A stretch of 61,111 bases of DNA, the filler included, from Dirinaria sp. TL-2023a (taxonomy: Eukaryota), in assembly GCA_051941275.1 (NCBI GenBank). It is 11 parts of 11 records of this genome, joined end to end, with 100 filler letters (N's around TTAATTAATTAA, not from the genome) between each part and the next. Parts side by side here need not be neighbours in the genome. Positions count along the whole stretch, not along the records: positions 22,318 to 27,788 come from JAVEBF010001649.1; positions 27,889 to 33,353 come from JAVEBF010001650.1; positions 33,454 to 38,910 come from JAVEBF010001651.1; 8 more parts are not named here. One strand, 5' to 3'. The stretch's first letter is position 1. The number at the start of each line of letters is the position of its first letter. This document shows, in pieces, positions 24,225 to 38,028 of the stretch. Under the pieces are notes generated by a model. The model saw only the letters and a list, made by a program, of their open reading frames with translations. It did no database searches and was not told where the DNA came from. The position numbers and the translations under genes are program-made.

Positions 24225-26256
24225 ATGGCCGACGCCTTGGATCACCTGTCCAGCGGACGTACCCGCATCGAATGGCTTTCCAGCCTGGACACGGAGTTCA
24301 AGCCAAAGAAGAATTACCGGCGCACTTCGATCATCTGCACAATTGGTACGCCTGGCTATGGTGCCCAGATGTAAACATCCTGTAACACAGAATTAGGTCC
24401 AAAGACCAACTCGGCCGAGAAAATCAATATACTACGCAAAGGCATGTCTTCAAAGATGCTTCCCAGCGTTGTTGGGGCTGACTTCATCTTCTAGCTGGCC
24501 TCAATGTCGTCCGCATGAACTTCTCCCACGGTGCATACGAGGTTCGTGGCCTGCTAAAGTTTGCGCCTGTTGTGCAGTTGTTCTTCGCACTAAGGACTAT
24601 GTTACGTATCTTCTAATTCTAGGCCGAAAGCTAATCCATGGCTGCGCTTATAGTATCACCAGTCAGTCATTGACAACGCTAGAGAGGCTGAACGTAAACA
24701 ACGCGGACGTCCTCTGGCTATTGCCTTGGACACTGTGAGCAGCCTTCATCTACTGGTCGTAACTTGGTATGGCTATGGGACTAATAGGGATTTGGCATGT
24801 AGAAAGGTCCTGAAATTCGTACTGGAAACACAATCAACGATGATGACATTCCCATCAAAGAAGGTTCCGAGATCAATATCACCACCGATGAGAAATATGC
24901 GAAAGCTTCCGATAACAAGAATATGTGGGTAATCTATAGCACTTTACAGCTGGGACTAGCCTGACGTGGCATAGGTACGTGGACTACGGCAACATTACCA
25001 AGGTCATTGAAAAAGGCCGTACAATTTATGTGGACGACGGTATCCTCGCGTTCGAGGTTCTGGAGGTTGTAGACTCCAAGAACCTTCGCTGTAGGTGCAT
25101 CAACAATGGCAAGATCTCCTCGAAGAAAGGCGTAAACCTTCCAAAGACCGACGTCGACCTTCCCGCGCTTTCCGAGAAGGACAAGAACGACCTCCGCTTC
25201 GGTGTGAAGAATAATGTTGACATGGTCTTTGCCTCCTTCATCCGTCGTGGAAGTGATATAACCGCTATTCGCGAGGTCTTGGGTGAGGATGGCAAGGAGA
25301 TACAGATCATCGCCAAAATAGAGAACCAGCAGGGCGTCAACAACTTTGACGAGATACTCAAGGAGACTGACGGCGTTATGGTGGCTCGTGGCGACCTTGG
25401 CATTGAGATTCCGCCCGCTCAGGTCTTTGTTGCCCAGAAGATGATGATTGCGAAATGTAACCGTGCTGGCAAGCCCGTCATCTGTGCAACACAAATGTTG
25501 GAGTCAATGACCAACAACCCTCGCCCGACCCGTGCCGAGGTCAGTGATGTTGGCAATGCTGTTCTGGACGGTGCCGACTGCGTCATGCTCTCGGGCGAAA
25601 CCGCAAAGGGGAGTTATCCAAGAGAATCTGTCCAGATGATGGCGGATACATGCGAACTGGCCGAGGTCGCTATTCCCTATGTTAGCTTTTTTAACGAGCT
25701 CCGAGCTATCGTCAAGAGACCTGTCAGCTTGGTCGAATCCACTGCTCAGTCTGCGGTCAGCGCAAGCCTGGAGCTCAATGCTGGCGCAATCCTTGTCCTC
25801 ACGACAACGTAAGTTTGAAAGCCTAGTCCAGGCTCATGTTGTGGTCAATGAAGCTAAATTTTGTGTCTTAGTGGCTCATCTGCTCGCTTGATATCGAAAT
25901 ACCGTCCTGTTTGCCCCATTATCATGGTCACCCGTAACGCCACCGCTTCTCGGGTGAGTTTCCATCCTCCAACATCGAGATTTATCTGCCTCTGACCAGC
26001 TTTCTAGTATTCACATCTTTATCGCGGCGTCTATCCGTTCCTCTTCCCTGAGGAAAAGCCGGACTTCAATGAGACTGATTGGCAAGAAGACGTTGATAGA
26101 CGTCTTAAGTGGGGTATCTCCGAAGCCATCTCGCTTGGTGTGCTCAACCGAAGCGACAACGTTGTCTGTGTCCAGGGCTGGCGCGGCGGCAAGGGCCATA
26201 CCAATACGCTTCGCATTGTACCAGCTGAGGAAGATTTAGGTCTGTCTCAGGAGTGA
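24225..26256 (+). CDS. pkiA: Pyruvate kinase; introns 24346-24396, 24442-24494 (GC-AG), 24542-24653, 24735-24802, 24925-24974, 25809-25871, 25954-26007
   Basis: [101 protein letters not shown]. Confidence 0.98.
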
Positions 26257-26571
26257 GCCTTGGCCAACCCCATAGTACGGATGAAGCAAGGAGATCATGA
26301 TAACAATAACTAGTCCGCGTATATCATTTTAACGGGCTGCGAGTCCGATATGGCGCTCACGTCAAAACTTGAGATGGGTCGTACTTAGCACTCAGTGCAT
26401 GCATTGTCTATGATGCAGCAGATGAAGCAGTCTAGATAGATGAGAGGAAAGTCGAGAATATAGAAGAATTGATACTTTTCAGTTTTCACAATGCGCTAAT
26501 GGTATTTGCTTTTCTTCCCCAAACCCGATGACTATGGACACCTTTCAAAAATCCCGAGAAAACAGACCCCT

Positions 26572-27788
<1,217 letters not shown>

Positions 27789-27888
27789 NNNNNNNNNNNN
27801 NNNNNNNNNNNNNNNNNNNNNNNNNNNNNNNNTTAATTAATTAANNNNNNNNNNNNNNNNNNNNNNNNNNNNNNNNNNNNNNNNNNNN
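27789..27888. other. Artificial contig linker
   Basis: N44-TTAATTAATTAA-N44. Confidence 0.98.
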
Positions 27889-29800
27889 CTCCCTCCCCAC
27901 GCCGTCCATCGCTCGCATCGCGACCAACTCCTCAATATCCCCCACATGACGCTTATTCCGCCAAAAATCCCTACACCCGGCCACGAAGCGGCGGCTCATC
28001 CCCCCCACCTCCTCTTCGTCGGCGGCCGCGAAGCAGATCCGGAAATACATCCAGCTCTCGCGGTCCTTGATCTCGTCCGTCGGCGCAAACAGCTGGCCGG
28101 GCGCGACCAGGACCAGGTATTTCTCCGTCGTGAGGTGGACCCAAAGCGCGTGCGCGAGTTTTTCGTGCGAGACTTGCGTCCACAGGCGGTGCGTGTGGAG
28201 ATGGAGCTTAACCCAGACGAACATGCCGCCGAGGGGCGCTGTGAAGGAGAACATCCTTTGTGTGGTCACGAGGGACCATTCTTCTTCTTCTTCTTCGTTA
28301 GAACCATTAGAAGCGTGGAGCGAGACATCGGTTTTGTTGCTCGATTTAACCGTGATTACTGAGGAGCCCTCTTGCAGGATCTGGCACATGGTCTGCATCC
28401 TACGCTCGTAGTTCCCCCGCAGTCCTTCCAGCCAACGGACCCAGCCATCGGTGTGCCAGCCTTGGGAATCTTTCCCGCCTCCTTTACCGTCCTGGGTTGA
28501 TGGGCCGATGATTAATTGCGCGATCATGGATTGTACGAAGCCTGAGGGCTGTTGCGTGCTGGTCTCTGTGATGCGCAGAAGTCGCTCGCACAGCGCGGGC
28601 TGGGTCGTGATCCACCCAAGTCGGCACCCTGGGGCCACAGTTTTGGAAAAGGTGTCTAACCGGACAACGCGTCCTTGAGTGTCCACAGAAAGGTAGGATG
28701 GGATGAGGGAATCGAGGAAAGCGTAACCTGAAGATTTCTGGGGTCGGGCTGGTGGTGAAGGGTCGTGTTTGGCGGATGAAAAGCTTGCAGGGTTGGCGGA
28801 TGGGAATTGCAGATACCAGTAAGGATCGTCCTCGATTATTATGATGTCGTATCTTACGCACAGGGCGTATATTTCCTTGCGCCGAGTCACACTCAGGGTG
28901 CCAGATGTCGGATTCTGGCCGATCGTGACGGTATAGATCAAATGAGGGCGTTGGCCCTTTGCGTAATCCCAATTTGCGAGCACATCCGCAAGGCCTCCTT
29001 TGCCGGAGGCAGTCATGCCTTCATCGTCGAGCTTGACAGGAACGATATTCAGCCCCCGAGGTCGAGCGGCTTGGATCGCGTTCATGTAGGCGAATTCTTC
29101 GACCAGCAGGCCCTCCTTCTCGGTGATCGAATCTCGCCCTTCAACCCATTCATTCGTCAAGGCGTCGAGTGTCTTGGCAAATCCATCGGTATTGCCGCAC
29201 GTCAGTATGATTTCTGGTCCGTCTTTATAGGGGACGTTGGGATGAACGTTCTCGATTGAGAACTGACGCAAGAAGGCATACAAAGGGGGGTAGCCCTGCG
29301 AGGTGCCATATTGAAGCGCAGACTTGATATCGATCTGGCGCAGGACGTTATCTTCATGGGAGTCCTTCGGAACGACGACTGTTGAAGATGGAAAGGGTTG
29401 GTCGGACAGGGAGGTGTGGGCGAGGAGATCGGAAGGCGGATCTACAGGTTTGTTGGGGGTGGGTTCGAATCGGTTATTCAGGGCAGCAGCACCTTCGAGG
29501 GTATCGAAGGGAAAGTAATTGTTGTTTGGAAGGCCTGCACCACGACGTCAATTGAGCTGTTGAATTTGAGGACGAGGGGCAACTTGCCTCCAGCTAAATT
29601 GCCAATCTACCCAATCTTCATAGTAAATATGTGTTCGGAACGAAATATAGAGGAAGGTTCACTCAGAATACGCTACGTACATGAGGGATGGTAAAATACT
29701 TGTAGAAGTCTTTTACATAGCTGGCCTGGCGGTTCTTGGTGATTTTGGAGTAATGATGAGACAGATCAATTGGTGGTTGAGATTCATTTTGAGTTCCCAT
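27889..29800 (-). CDS. PLP-dependent class I aminotransferase, aromatic/2-aminoadipate (Aro8-like) family; exons 29800-29681, 29606-29588, 29534 to contig end
   Basis: MGTQNESQPPIDLSHHYS...KDFYKYF, IGNLAGGLP (across a GC-AG intron), ALQYGTSQG, GQNPTSG, IIEDDPY, DTFSKTVAPGCRLGW (PLP lysine), GGMFVW. Confidence 0.9.
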
Positions 29801-29848
29801 GGTTCGAGTTACCGACAGAAGCCACTACCCACATGTACAGTAAGGTAT

Positions 29849-29879
29849 GTACTGTAAGGTACTGTAAGGTACTGTAAGG
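29849..29879. repeat. 10-bp tandem repeat (GTACTGTAAG)x3 about 50 bp upstream of the aminotransferase ATG
   Basis: gtactgtaag gtactgtaag gtactgtaag g. Confidence 0.85.
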
Positions 29880-30659
29880 CTATGTACCTTGACGCCGAGC
29901 TCGGCCGGACCAATCAGCTTTTAAGACGTTGGGTGCGAATACCGAGAGATTGGTGTTAGAAGATCTTGCACACTTCTTATAATTGATATAGAATGAATAA
30001 GTTCCCCGTCCAACTATCCAAGTCGAAGAGAATTATGGACTACTACTACTAGAATGCCGTATTTCTAATCAGTGACGTTGCAGTGGAATAATCGCACAGT
30101 GACACAAAATGGCCCGCCGGAGTTATCTGAAATCAGATAAGGACAAGAATGGTAGATCCAGACCCAGTAGTGGAAGGCCGCGGCATACTGGAATTCACTG
30201 GATCTCGCCTTTCCTTGACTGCATACATACTTGGTTTCTAGCTGGACCCAACTCACGATAGCAATCAATGTCCTTCAAAAATAATGTCCCATGCATCTAC
30301 AAACATAAGGAGATGCACCTCTCTTGAGCCAATCGGAGATAAGCCGATCTGCGGCGGCGTAGCTGACGCCAAGATGATGAGTGAGACGCGCAAGACTCCA
30401 GACAAACGACGGGATTGACTTCAACTATGTCTTCTCCGTTTGTGACTGGATTTTCTTCAATATACTTATTTCCGATTCATGTCTCTTCCGGAGCGATATC
30501 CAGCTCCGCTATGGGCGCATCCAGCATAATAGTCTCGCCATGCTGTCCTCCTTCATGAACCCACGGCTCTTAGCAGTGAGCACCTATCGCCTTGTCAGGT
30601 AGAGCGCTTACTCACCGTTGAGATGTAGGATTGCCCCTATCTTTAGGTACTTGTCCCCC

Positions 30660-32579
30660 ATGGCCCCTTCAGACGGTCACGGCGCCGAGAATGGCACACC
30701 TTATGACGAACGGCCCCTTCTCGAGCGCTCCGGCGATGAAGGCCCAGAAGCCTCGACCGCTTCAAGCCCTCGCATGCACGTGGGAGACGACTCACCAGTC
30801 TCTCCGAACGGGCACCTCCCTCTACCAGTCTGGCTGCGCGAGTCTTCGAACACCTTTCATTGGGGCTGGGTGCCGCTGAGGCTGAGGAAAGCTGCTCGCT
30901 CAGTCGCAGCATGGTCGAAGGGCCCGGATCCTCCGCAGATACAAAAGATCCATCCGTTCTTCCCCTCAATACAAGAGGCGCCCGTCAAATTCATCGATAC
31001 ATATTTCCCACGTACAATTTATAAGGCTGGCTTGCTGGCTTTCTTCTACTTTCTATGGCTTTTGACTTTTTCCTTGGTGCTCAATCATTCCGCTCGTGCC
31101 GGTTACATCAAAGGCTACGGTAAACCGTCGCCGATCTGGTGTGGTGCCAGCTATTGGGCCGCAGGTAATCGTTGTGGTCTCAACGGTAACGATTGCCGTC
31201 CTTTTGACAACGCTGCGTTCGCCTTCCGATGCCCCGCAAATTGCAGGGGCACCCGAGTACTGAACCCACATGCCGTAGGCCAACAAGAGATCCTTTATAG
31301 GCAGCTCGTCATTGGTGGTCCAAACCAAGATTCTCAGAACCAATCTGTGTCGGAACCAATCTACCGTGGAGATAGCTTCGTATGCGTAGCGGCAATCCAT
31401 GCTGGCGTAATTAGCAATGCGCGAGGTGGCTGCGGTGTGGTTCAGCTCACAGGCGAGCAAGATAGCTTTCCGAGCTCCACTAAACACGGCGTCGAAAGCA
31501 TTTCCTTCGATTCCTCGTTTCCCAAATCGTACCGGTTCGTTACAGGCCTGTCTTCAAAGTGCGTCAAAGATCTGCGCTGGCCTTTACTTGCGGTCACGGT
31601 CGGTTTCACGACAATATTATCACTATGCACAAAATCTCCGGTGGTCTTTTTTTGCTCCATCTTCGTAATGCTGTTCTTCCATGTTGGCCTTGTATCAGAC
31701 CCACCTACAAATTCCGATTATGTCTCACTTTCCTCGCTCATCATTGGTCGCTTCCTCCCGGCCGCATTCGTCGCATTCGTCATCTACCGCTTCAGTGTAA
31801 AGCCACAGCTCACCGGACTGACCGCGCATGTCGAGAAGACAATTTTGTGGCTTGGCGGTGCCTGGCTCGGAGGCCTCAACAACTACACTTTCGACCACAT
31901 CCCCATCGATCGTCTAACACCGCACGATCTGAAAGCCGAACCGGGTGCTCCGCTAGCACTCATCATCGTAGTGCTCGTACTCTTCACAATAGCTCTAGGC
32001 CAAGTCTGGTACCTCCGTCTCGAAGGGCGCTTCCGTCGTTATCTGGCAATATACGGCATCTTCGTCGCATTCCTGATCATCTGCGTCATCGTGCCCCGCC
32101 TCAATCTCCGTATCCACCACTACTTCCTAGCCATCTTACTGCTCCCCGGGACGCGGCTCCAAACGCGGCCCAGTCTCCTCTATCAAGGCATCTTAGTCGG
32201 CCTGTTCATCAACGGCATCGCGCGCTGGGGCTTCGACTCGATCCTGCAGACGACCGCGGAGCTTCGCCGCGACGGGCCGCATCTGACGCTGCTCCCCAAC
32301 ATCACCGCCCCGGTCCTGGGTTCTTCGAACATCACGTTCAGCTGGTCGAAGCCGCCGGCGGAATACGACGGGCTGAGCGTGCTCGTGAACGACGTCGAAA
32401 GGCACCGGTGGTACTACGGCGAGGGGGACCCGTCGCACACCTTCGCCCGACACCACGAAGGGGAGAGGGAGTATTTCCGCTTCGGGTACATGAAAGGCAG
32501 CCAGAGCGAAGATTTCACCAAGGCCGGGGTGTGGGAAATCGACGGCAGTTGGACCACGATGGAGCCCGGCGCCAGTTGA
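30660..32579 (+). CDS. LCCL-domain multi-pass membrane protein (fungal)
   Basis: LCCL signature YRGDSFVCVAAIHAGVISNARGGCG...HGVESISFDSSFPKSY, Cys-rich CGLNGNDCRPF...FRCPANC, several TM helices, LRIHHY motif. First ATG at 30660. Confidence 0.88.
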   Translation: MAPSDGHGAENGTPYDERPLLERSGDEGPEASTASSPRMHVGDDSPVSPNGHLPLPVWLRESSNTFHWGWVPLRLRKAARSVAAWSKGPDPPQIQKIHPFFPSIQEAPVKFIDTYFPRTIYKAGLLAFFYFLWLLTFSLVLNHSARAGYIKGYGKPSPIWCGASYWAAGNRCGLNGNDCRPFDNAAFAFRCPANCRGTRVLNPHAVGQQEILYRQLVIGGPNQDSQNQSVSEPIYRGDSFVCVAAIHAGVISNARGGCGVVQLTGEQDSFPSSTKHGVESISFDSSFPKSYRFVTGLSSKCVKDLRWPLLAVTVGFTTILSLCTKSPVVFFCSIFVMLFFHVGLVSDPPTNSDYVSLSSLIIGRFLPAAFVAFVIYRFSVKPQLTGLTAHVEKTILWLGGAWLGGLNNYTFDHIPIDRLTPHDLKAEPGAPLALIIVVLVLFTIALGQVWYLRLEGRFRRYLAIYGIFVAFLIICVIVPRLNLRIHHYFLAILLLPGTRLQTRPSLLYQGILVGLFINGIARWGFDSILQTTAELRRDGPHLTLLPNITAPVLGSSNITFSWSKPPAEYDGLSVLVNDVERHRWYYGEGDPSHTFARHHEGEREYFRFGYMKGSQSEDFTKAGVWEIDGSWTTMEPGAS

Positions 32580-33353
32580 TGAGTCTTTTTACTACCTTTA
32601 TCTGCCTCGTACCTTAGTGCATTTCACCAAAACTGTACATTGGATCCCATCACGCTCCACTGAAAAAGAGCCATCCACGCAGAGATCAAAAAGGCCACAA
32701 TTTATAGATCCTACATATATCATTGATATAAACCGAACATGCAAAACTTTGTTCATCATGTAAAATTATGTATCTACAGCACAGCGATCTGTATAGCATA
32801 CTTGCATAGGTAGCATATAGGTACAAGCCCGAGTAACATGAGTACCTTGCCTTACCTTAGACGAGTAAACCAAGTGACGGACACTCGAGAATATAATGTA
32901 TCTATCCATCCATCCACTTCAACATGTGAAAAACAAAAGAAATGCCATATCGCAAGCACAACTTTAAAAACAAAAAACCCCCCTCCCTCCTTCCTACCTT
33001 ACACCATTGACATCCAAGCCCCAAGAAAGCAAAAAATTGATGTCTTTAAAAACATACCCCACCCCCCAAATATTGCATTTCGCACAGAACAAAATTCCCC
33101 CTTTCCTTATTTTCCTTCCATCCCACCCCACTCACTATCCTCCTAATAGAAAATCCACCAAGCTAATTTCTTTTTTTCTTTTTTAAGGACTTCTTATCAC
33201 TTTAGCAAAGAGGCAAGACAAAAGTAAAGATAGCTTTACTAGCAATACTTTCAATTCCTCTAACAAAACTACCGAAAGGTATAACTCCTACAGCCCAGGT
33301 TTCAGGTCAACTCCTAGCTTAAGGTAAGTAAGCATAAAACACCTACCTAATCC

Positions 33354-33453
33354 NNNNNNNNNNNNNNNNNNNNNNNNNNNNNNNNNNNNNNNNNNNNTTA
33401 ATTAATTAANNNNNNNNNNNNNNNNNNNNNNNNNNNNNNNNNNNNNNNNNNNN
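33354..33453. other. Artificial contig linker
   Basis: N44-TTAATTAATTAA-N44. Confidence 0.98.
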
Positions 33454-33474
33454 GAGGTAAAGGAGGCGGCTTAC

Positions 33475-33967
33475 CAGAGCAATCGAAGCCGCCGGATGAA
33501 GGACCGTCGCAGCCCCCGCCGCCCCAGACGTAGGGTAGCCCTTCCTCTTTCACGGCCGCGGAGACGATCCCCGCTCCTGAGCCGCTACTGGATGATGGTG
33601 GTGGTGGTGCTGGGGATGGATTTGGGGTGCTGCTGCTGCTGACGCAGCATTGGATACTGCTGTCCCCCGGGCAGTATCCTGATATGTAGCTCCCGCTACA
33701 TGCGTTATCGGGCTTGTTCTGGCATATTCCGGACCCGGAAGGCGTGTCACAGGTTTTTTTCACGCAGCATTGGATGTCTGAGCCGGCCGGGCAGTGGCCG
33801 GCTAGGTTGAATCCTTGGCTCGTGCAATCTTTCGTGTATTGGCATGTTCCTGAGCCGGAGGGGGTGCTGCATGAACCGCCGATTGCGCGGGAGGTTAAGA
33901 GGGAGGAGACGTGTGCTAGGGAGGGGGTTGCTGCTGATATGCAGAATAGGAAATAGCGTGGGAGCAT
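33475..33967 (-). CDS. Secreted NlpC/P60 cysteine peptidase with two N-terminal 6-Cys modules; first exon only (intron GTAAGC at 33474, then contig end)
   Basis: Signal peptide MLPRYFLFCISAATPSLA, two C-x-GxC-x-C-x-GxCP-x-IQCC repeats, Ser/Pro linker, then GLPYVWGGG...GGFDCSG (catalytic Cys motif). Confidence 0.88.
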
Positions 33968-34833
33968 TTTGATGGGAATTTGAGGTTTGCAAACAAATGT
34001 CGTTGAGAATTGTGAAATCGAAGGAGAGGTAGTATTAGGAGAAATATATTGATGATTCAAAGATTGAGAGAAGCGTTTATAGAGACCTACCTACTACACA
34101 GGTCATCATCAGGGATAATCACCCCAGGTTTTGGGGGCCACGCTCCTAATACTGTGAGTAGCGTACAAATCGGGCTCATTTGAACCTATACCATTACACC
34201 AAAGCAACCGCTAACATCGTCCCAAGACGCTGAAATATGAGATGAAGGATTGCCTTCGCTCCTTGGTACCTGGAAATGAAGCTGTGTTTCACTTGGCGAG
34301 GGCTGCGCTATCCTCGGTGTGGTAAGCTCTCCTTCAGTGTTTCGTTTGCTTTTGCTAGAAAAGGAAATGATGTGTTTGTGAGAATATGGAGAACTTTGAC
34401 AGGCGGGTAGATCATTTGCAGGAACGTCGCATCTTAGCCCTGTGATGGCGTGGTCGAGAAGATCGACATACAGTAGAAACTTTTAAGGTAAGGTAGAGAA
34501 GTAAAGAATAGTAGGGTTTAGCTAGGGTTTTCCTTAGCTAAGAAAAGTAGGTGCTTCAATTAGCCAAGTGGAACTAATATCTTACTTGCATCAAAATATA
34601 CTTCCACGACGACCGAAAGCAGGCCTCCACTATAGAAAAATAGCAGAACCAGATTTGGAGCTTTTCAACACATACTGGAAGAAGTGGACTGAAACAGATC
34701 CTGATCATGCTAAGAAGTCAATTGACTTTGAGGGGCATTGCCCTGGGAAAGATGATACTCCGTACATTGTCCATTGATCTTCTCACCGCTTAGCATATTT
34801 ATTGCCTTTCTCTTACGAGCTGCTTTCACACTG

Positions 34834-37800
34834 ATGGCGACAACAAACGCGAGCCGCACGGTTACTACAGCTTCCCCAACTTCTACAGGGTTTCAGGGCG
34901 ATAACTTTTCAAATAATCTGTTGAACGATCTAGCCCCTCTATTGACTTTGTTTGGTGAACAAGTTACCAAACAGTTCTTGACCTTATCAATGGGATGGGC
35001 AGATAACATTCTGATCGCAATGGGTCCGCTGGGTATTATAACAGTCGTTGTCAGTGCCATTCGCGTTGGAGGCGTCAAACAGCTCAAAGCTATTGTCGGA
35101 AGGTAGGCCGAGTCTCATGAACCATATTCAGATTTCATATTCACATCCGCGTTACGATCGCTGTACCTCCTTTTCTGTTCTGCTCTACCTTTTCTGTCAT
35201 TGGGGAAATTCTTTTGCAAAGCTTTATTACCTGTAGCTGGTCTCACAAAGAGAGTAGGACAAGCCTCGACGATGGTGGAATCTTATCGTCAAGATACATA
35301 TTTGCGCTGATAATCTAAGTCGCCTAATAGCGATCAGAAGCGCTCTCTGGAATAGGAACATTCCATCACTGAAGTCTTTCCTTGTCCTCGCATTTGAAAG
35401 ACCCTACGAGCTGTCTTTATGACCTTGTGCAATGATGTTGTGACGTCTTAAATTTCTTAAAATTGTGATGAGGATATGCGCTAATCCTCCGTTAAGAGCA
35501 CGAGAGTCTCGAGCGAGTGCCGAAGCCGAGCTACTGTCTTCCACATCAGACAACGTCTGCGAGCTATGGAGCGGTCAAGAAGTTGTACGCGCACTGGGCG
35601 AACCTCGTATGAAAGATTTCATTATCAGGACCAACATACATGGAAACAAACACGTTAACGATCTCCCGCAGTCGCTAGACAAGGGGCACTACGAGAAGAT
35701 CAAGGATAATAGCCGGTCGAGGCAAAAGCTCCAGGCAAATCATGCGCAGCCAGCAGAGGATAACGAGAAGGAGTACTACGCAGACGAAGCAACCGAGGCT
35801 GCTGAATTGCTCGAAAATAAGGCGCCTAACATAACATTAAATGTGAAAGGATCGGTGGCATCACGTGCCGAGATCAGGGTTTTTGCAATCTTCAGTACAA
35901 TACTGCAGTCCTTAGTCCTCGTCGTGAGCGCACTCTCCGTATACCATTGGAGATGGAAGAATGGAAGCAATTTGGTACCACAAGATCGCCGATACGGTTA
36001 TCCATGTTTCCTCGTAGGAACGACTGCAGTGGTTGCCGGCTTAGTACTATGTTCTCACGTAATAGAAGGGACGACTACCGAGCAAGTCTGGCAGCCCGTA
36101 CACGAAGAAGGGACGAAATATCAGGTGGTAAAGTTACAAAAGAGCTGTACTGTGAGCGAACAACAATTTGACTCTTACGCCATTTTCAACTCCGCCAGCG
36201 ATCCCCTCATTAGAACCTCGCGGCTGAACAAGCGAAACTACAATATCTTAGCTGCTGTTGGGACCACGTTGGCAATAGGTGGATTCATTGTCCAATTCAT
36301 TGGGCTTCGAGCTTTACACTGGTCATCTACTGTGATGCAGTTAGGCGCGACGTTAGTATTAACCGCTGCAAGAGCATGGGTCCGTAGAGGCCTTGCAAAA
36401 GACCCTATTGCATTTAGTATACCAACAGGCCATGAATTATCATGGCTAGCCATGCATATCTGCGGTCTGAAATCATGGGAGATTCCCACTGGAATCTACG
36501 ATCCAAATGAAACGCCACAGAATGCATCACGGAACGCCAGTGATGCCGAACCTGTTCAAACGCTGCTCGAATCAAGGTTCAGCCCAGAGTACTACTACAT
36601 GCTATGTTTGGCATCGTGGCAGTCCTTGGCTGGAGGTGGCCCTGAAGCGTTAGCTGGCGTCCGTACTGATGGTTTCCGTGCATTCCATCACGAAATCGAC
36701 CACACCCAGCTCTCACTGCTCAGGGTACGTAAGAAACTAGAGACACTAATGCCTGAACCCGATTCTACAGTTCGTGTAGCTAACGCGCTGGCCACCGCTA
36801 TAGAGAAGATCATGTCTCTGGCTTGCAATGACAGCAAGATAAGCACCCAGTGGGAAAATTCTTTATCGTGGATCTTACAAGGCGGATACTTCAACTGGGC
36901 CATAAAAGCCGCACTTACTTCTGAATCAGGAGAATGCCGCTGTACCGATCTCGTGATGTCGCTTAAGGCCGAACAACGAGGCACGAGTGATGAATTGAAG
37001 TGGTGCGCGGATCGTGCTGAGCTTCACGCCGTGCTCTCATTGTGGGTCTACTCGTTAATCAATAGGACGCCAGAGCAAAACAAGAAGAGGCCAAGTGGAG
37101 AAATTTCCAATCGGTTTGCCTCCGGCTGGATAGATCCCACGACGCGATCCGAGGCAGGCGCTCTTTCAGACATGTTGTACCAGGCTGAGCATGAAGTTGG
37201 TCGTCCATGTCCAGTCGATCTGGGGCAAAATATGCGGTTTGCAAGAATTGTAAATAATGAAAGTAATTCGGACTCTCACTGGGCCCAGCAAGCCCATCGA
37301 TGGATTGGACGAGGGGTCACGACTGTGGCTGCAGGAGCGCCGAATGGAAGCCACTATAGGATAAGAAGGGATATCGAGCCTTGGCCAGTATTTGGAATAT
37401 CTTACTTGAGCTTCCAGTAAGTCTGTGCTAATCAAATAATGGGCAGCCTAGTGTTCATCAAAATGCTGCGTTATCGTTACTCATGCTCAATAGATCACTA
37501 CAACCACTACACAAGAGACAGCCCTATTGCTATGAAGCGAACGCATCTCCGCTGAACAACGTGGTGGCAGAGCCTGACCGGATGGAGCACACAGAGTATG
37601 TTAGGATGGCCGCTCAGGAACACCACAGTGCAGTAATCTCCACCCTATCGCTTGAAGAGAATTGTGCACTGGATATTTTCTCATCCTTCATGCTTGCGTT
37701 GGCGAACAACATCACGAGGATAGGTGGGACGACGCATACCTTTGTACAGCCAACCACATATGCGCAACATGTTCCGACAAATGCCGTCCAATCTGAAGAT

Positions 37801-38028
37801 GGCCTTTGGTTTAATTCAGTCATCGAAGCAATGGTGTCCATAGTTGTAGATTCGGAGCTCACGGATCGTACCACCGCCTACACAATCATCATTCCTGCTC
37901 TTTATATTTACGATCTACTGCCAAAACATGTCACAGACATACAGGGAAGAACCGATGATCATGCCTCCCCTATCGGTACGACTTTACACAGAGCACCAGG
38001 TTCAGACGGTAGTCTTCCCAATCAATGA
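34834..38028 (+). CDS. Fungal multi-TM protein (about 907 aa) of the family usually fused to C-terminal ankyrin repeats; exons 34834-35102, 35497-37416, 37494-38028
   Basis: DNFSNNLLNDLAPLLTLFGEQVTKQFL...MGPLGIITVVVSAIRVGG...GR|ARESRASAEAELLSSTSDNVCELWSG, APNITLN, GFIVQFIGLRALHWS. Both introns are GT-AG and restore the frame. Confidence 0.75.

Noticed and set aside
31559..32617. 352-aa alternative-frame ORF inside the LCCL gene, and similar long overlapping ORFs in the annexin, BAT1, Wss1 and PrnX-like genes
   Set aside because: Arg/Pro/His-rich products expected from high GC3 codon bias; no independent support.
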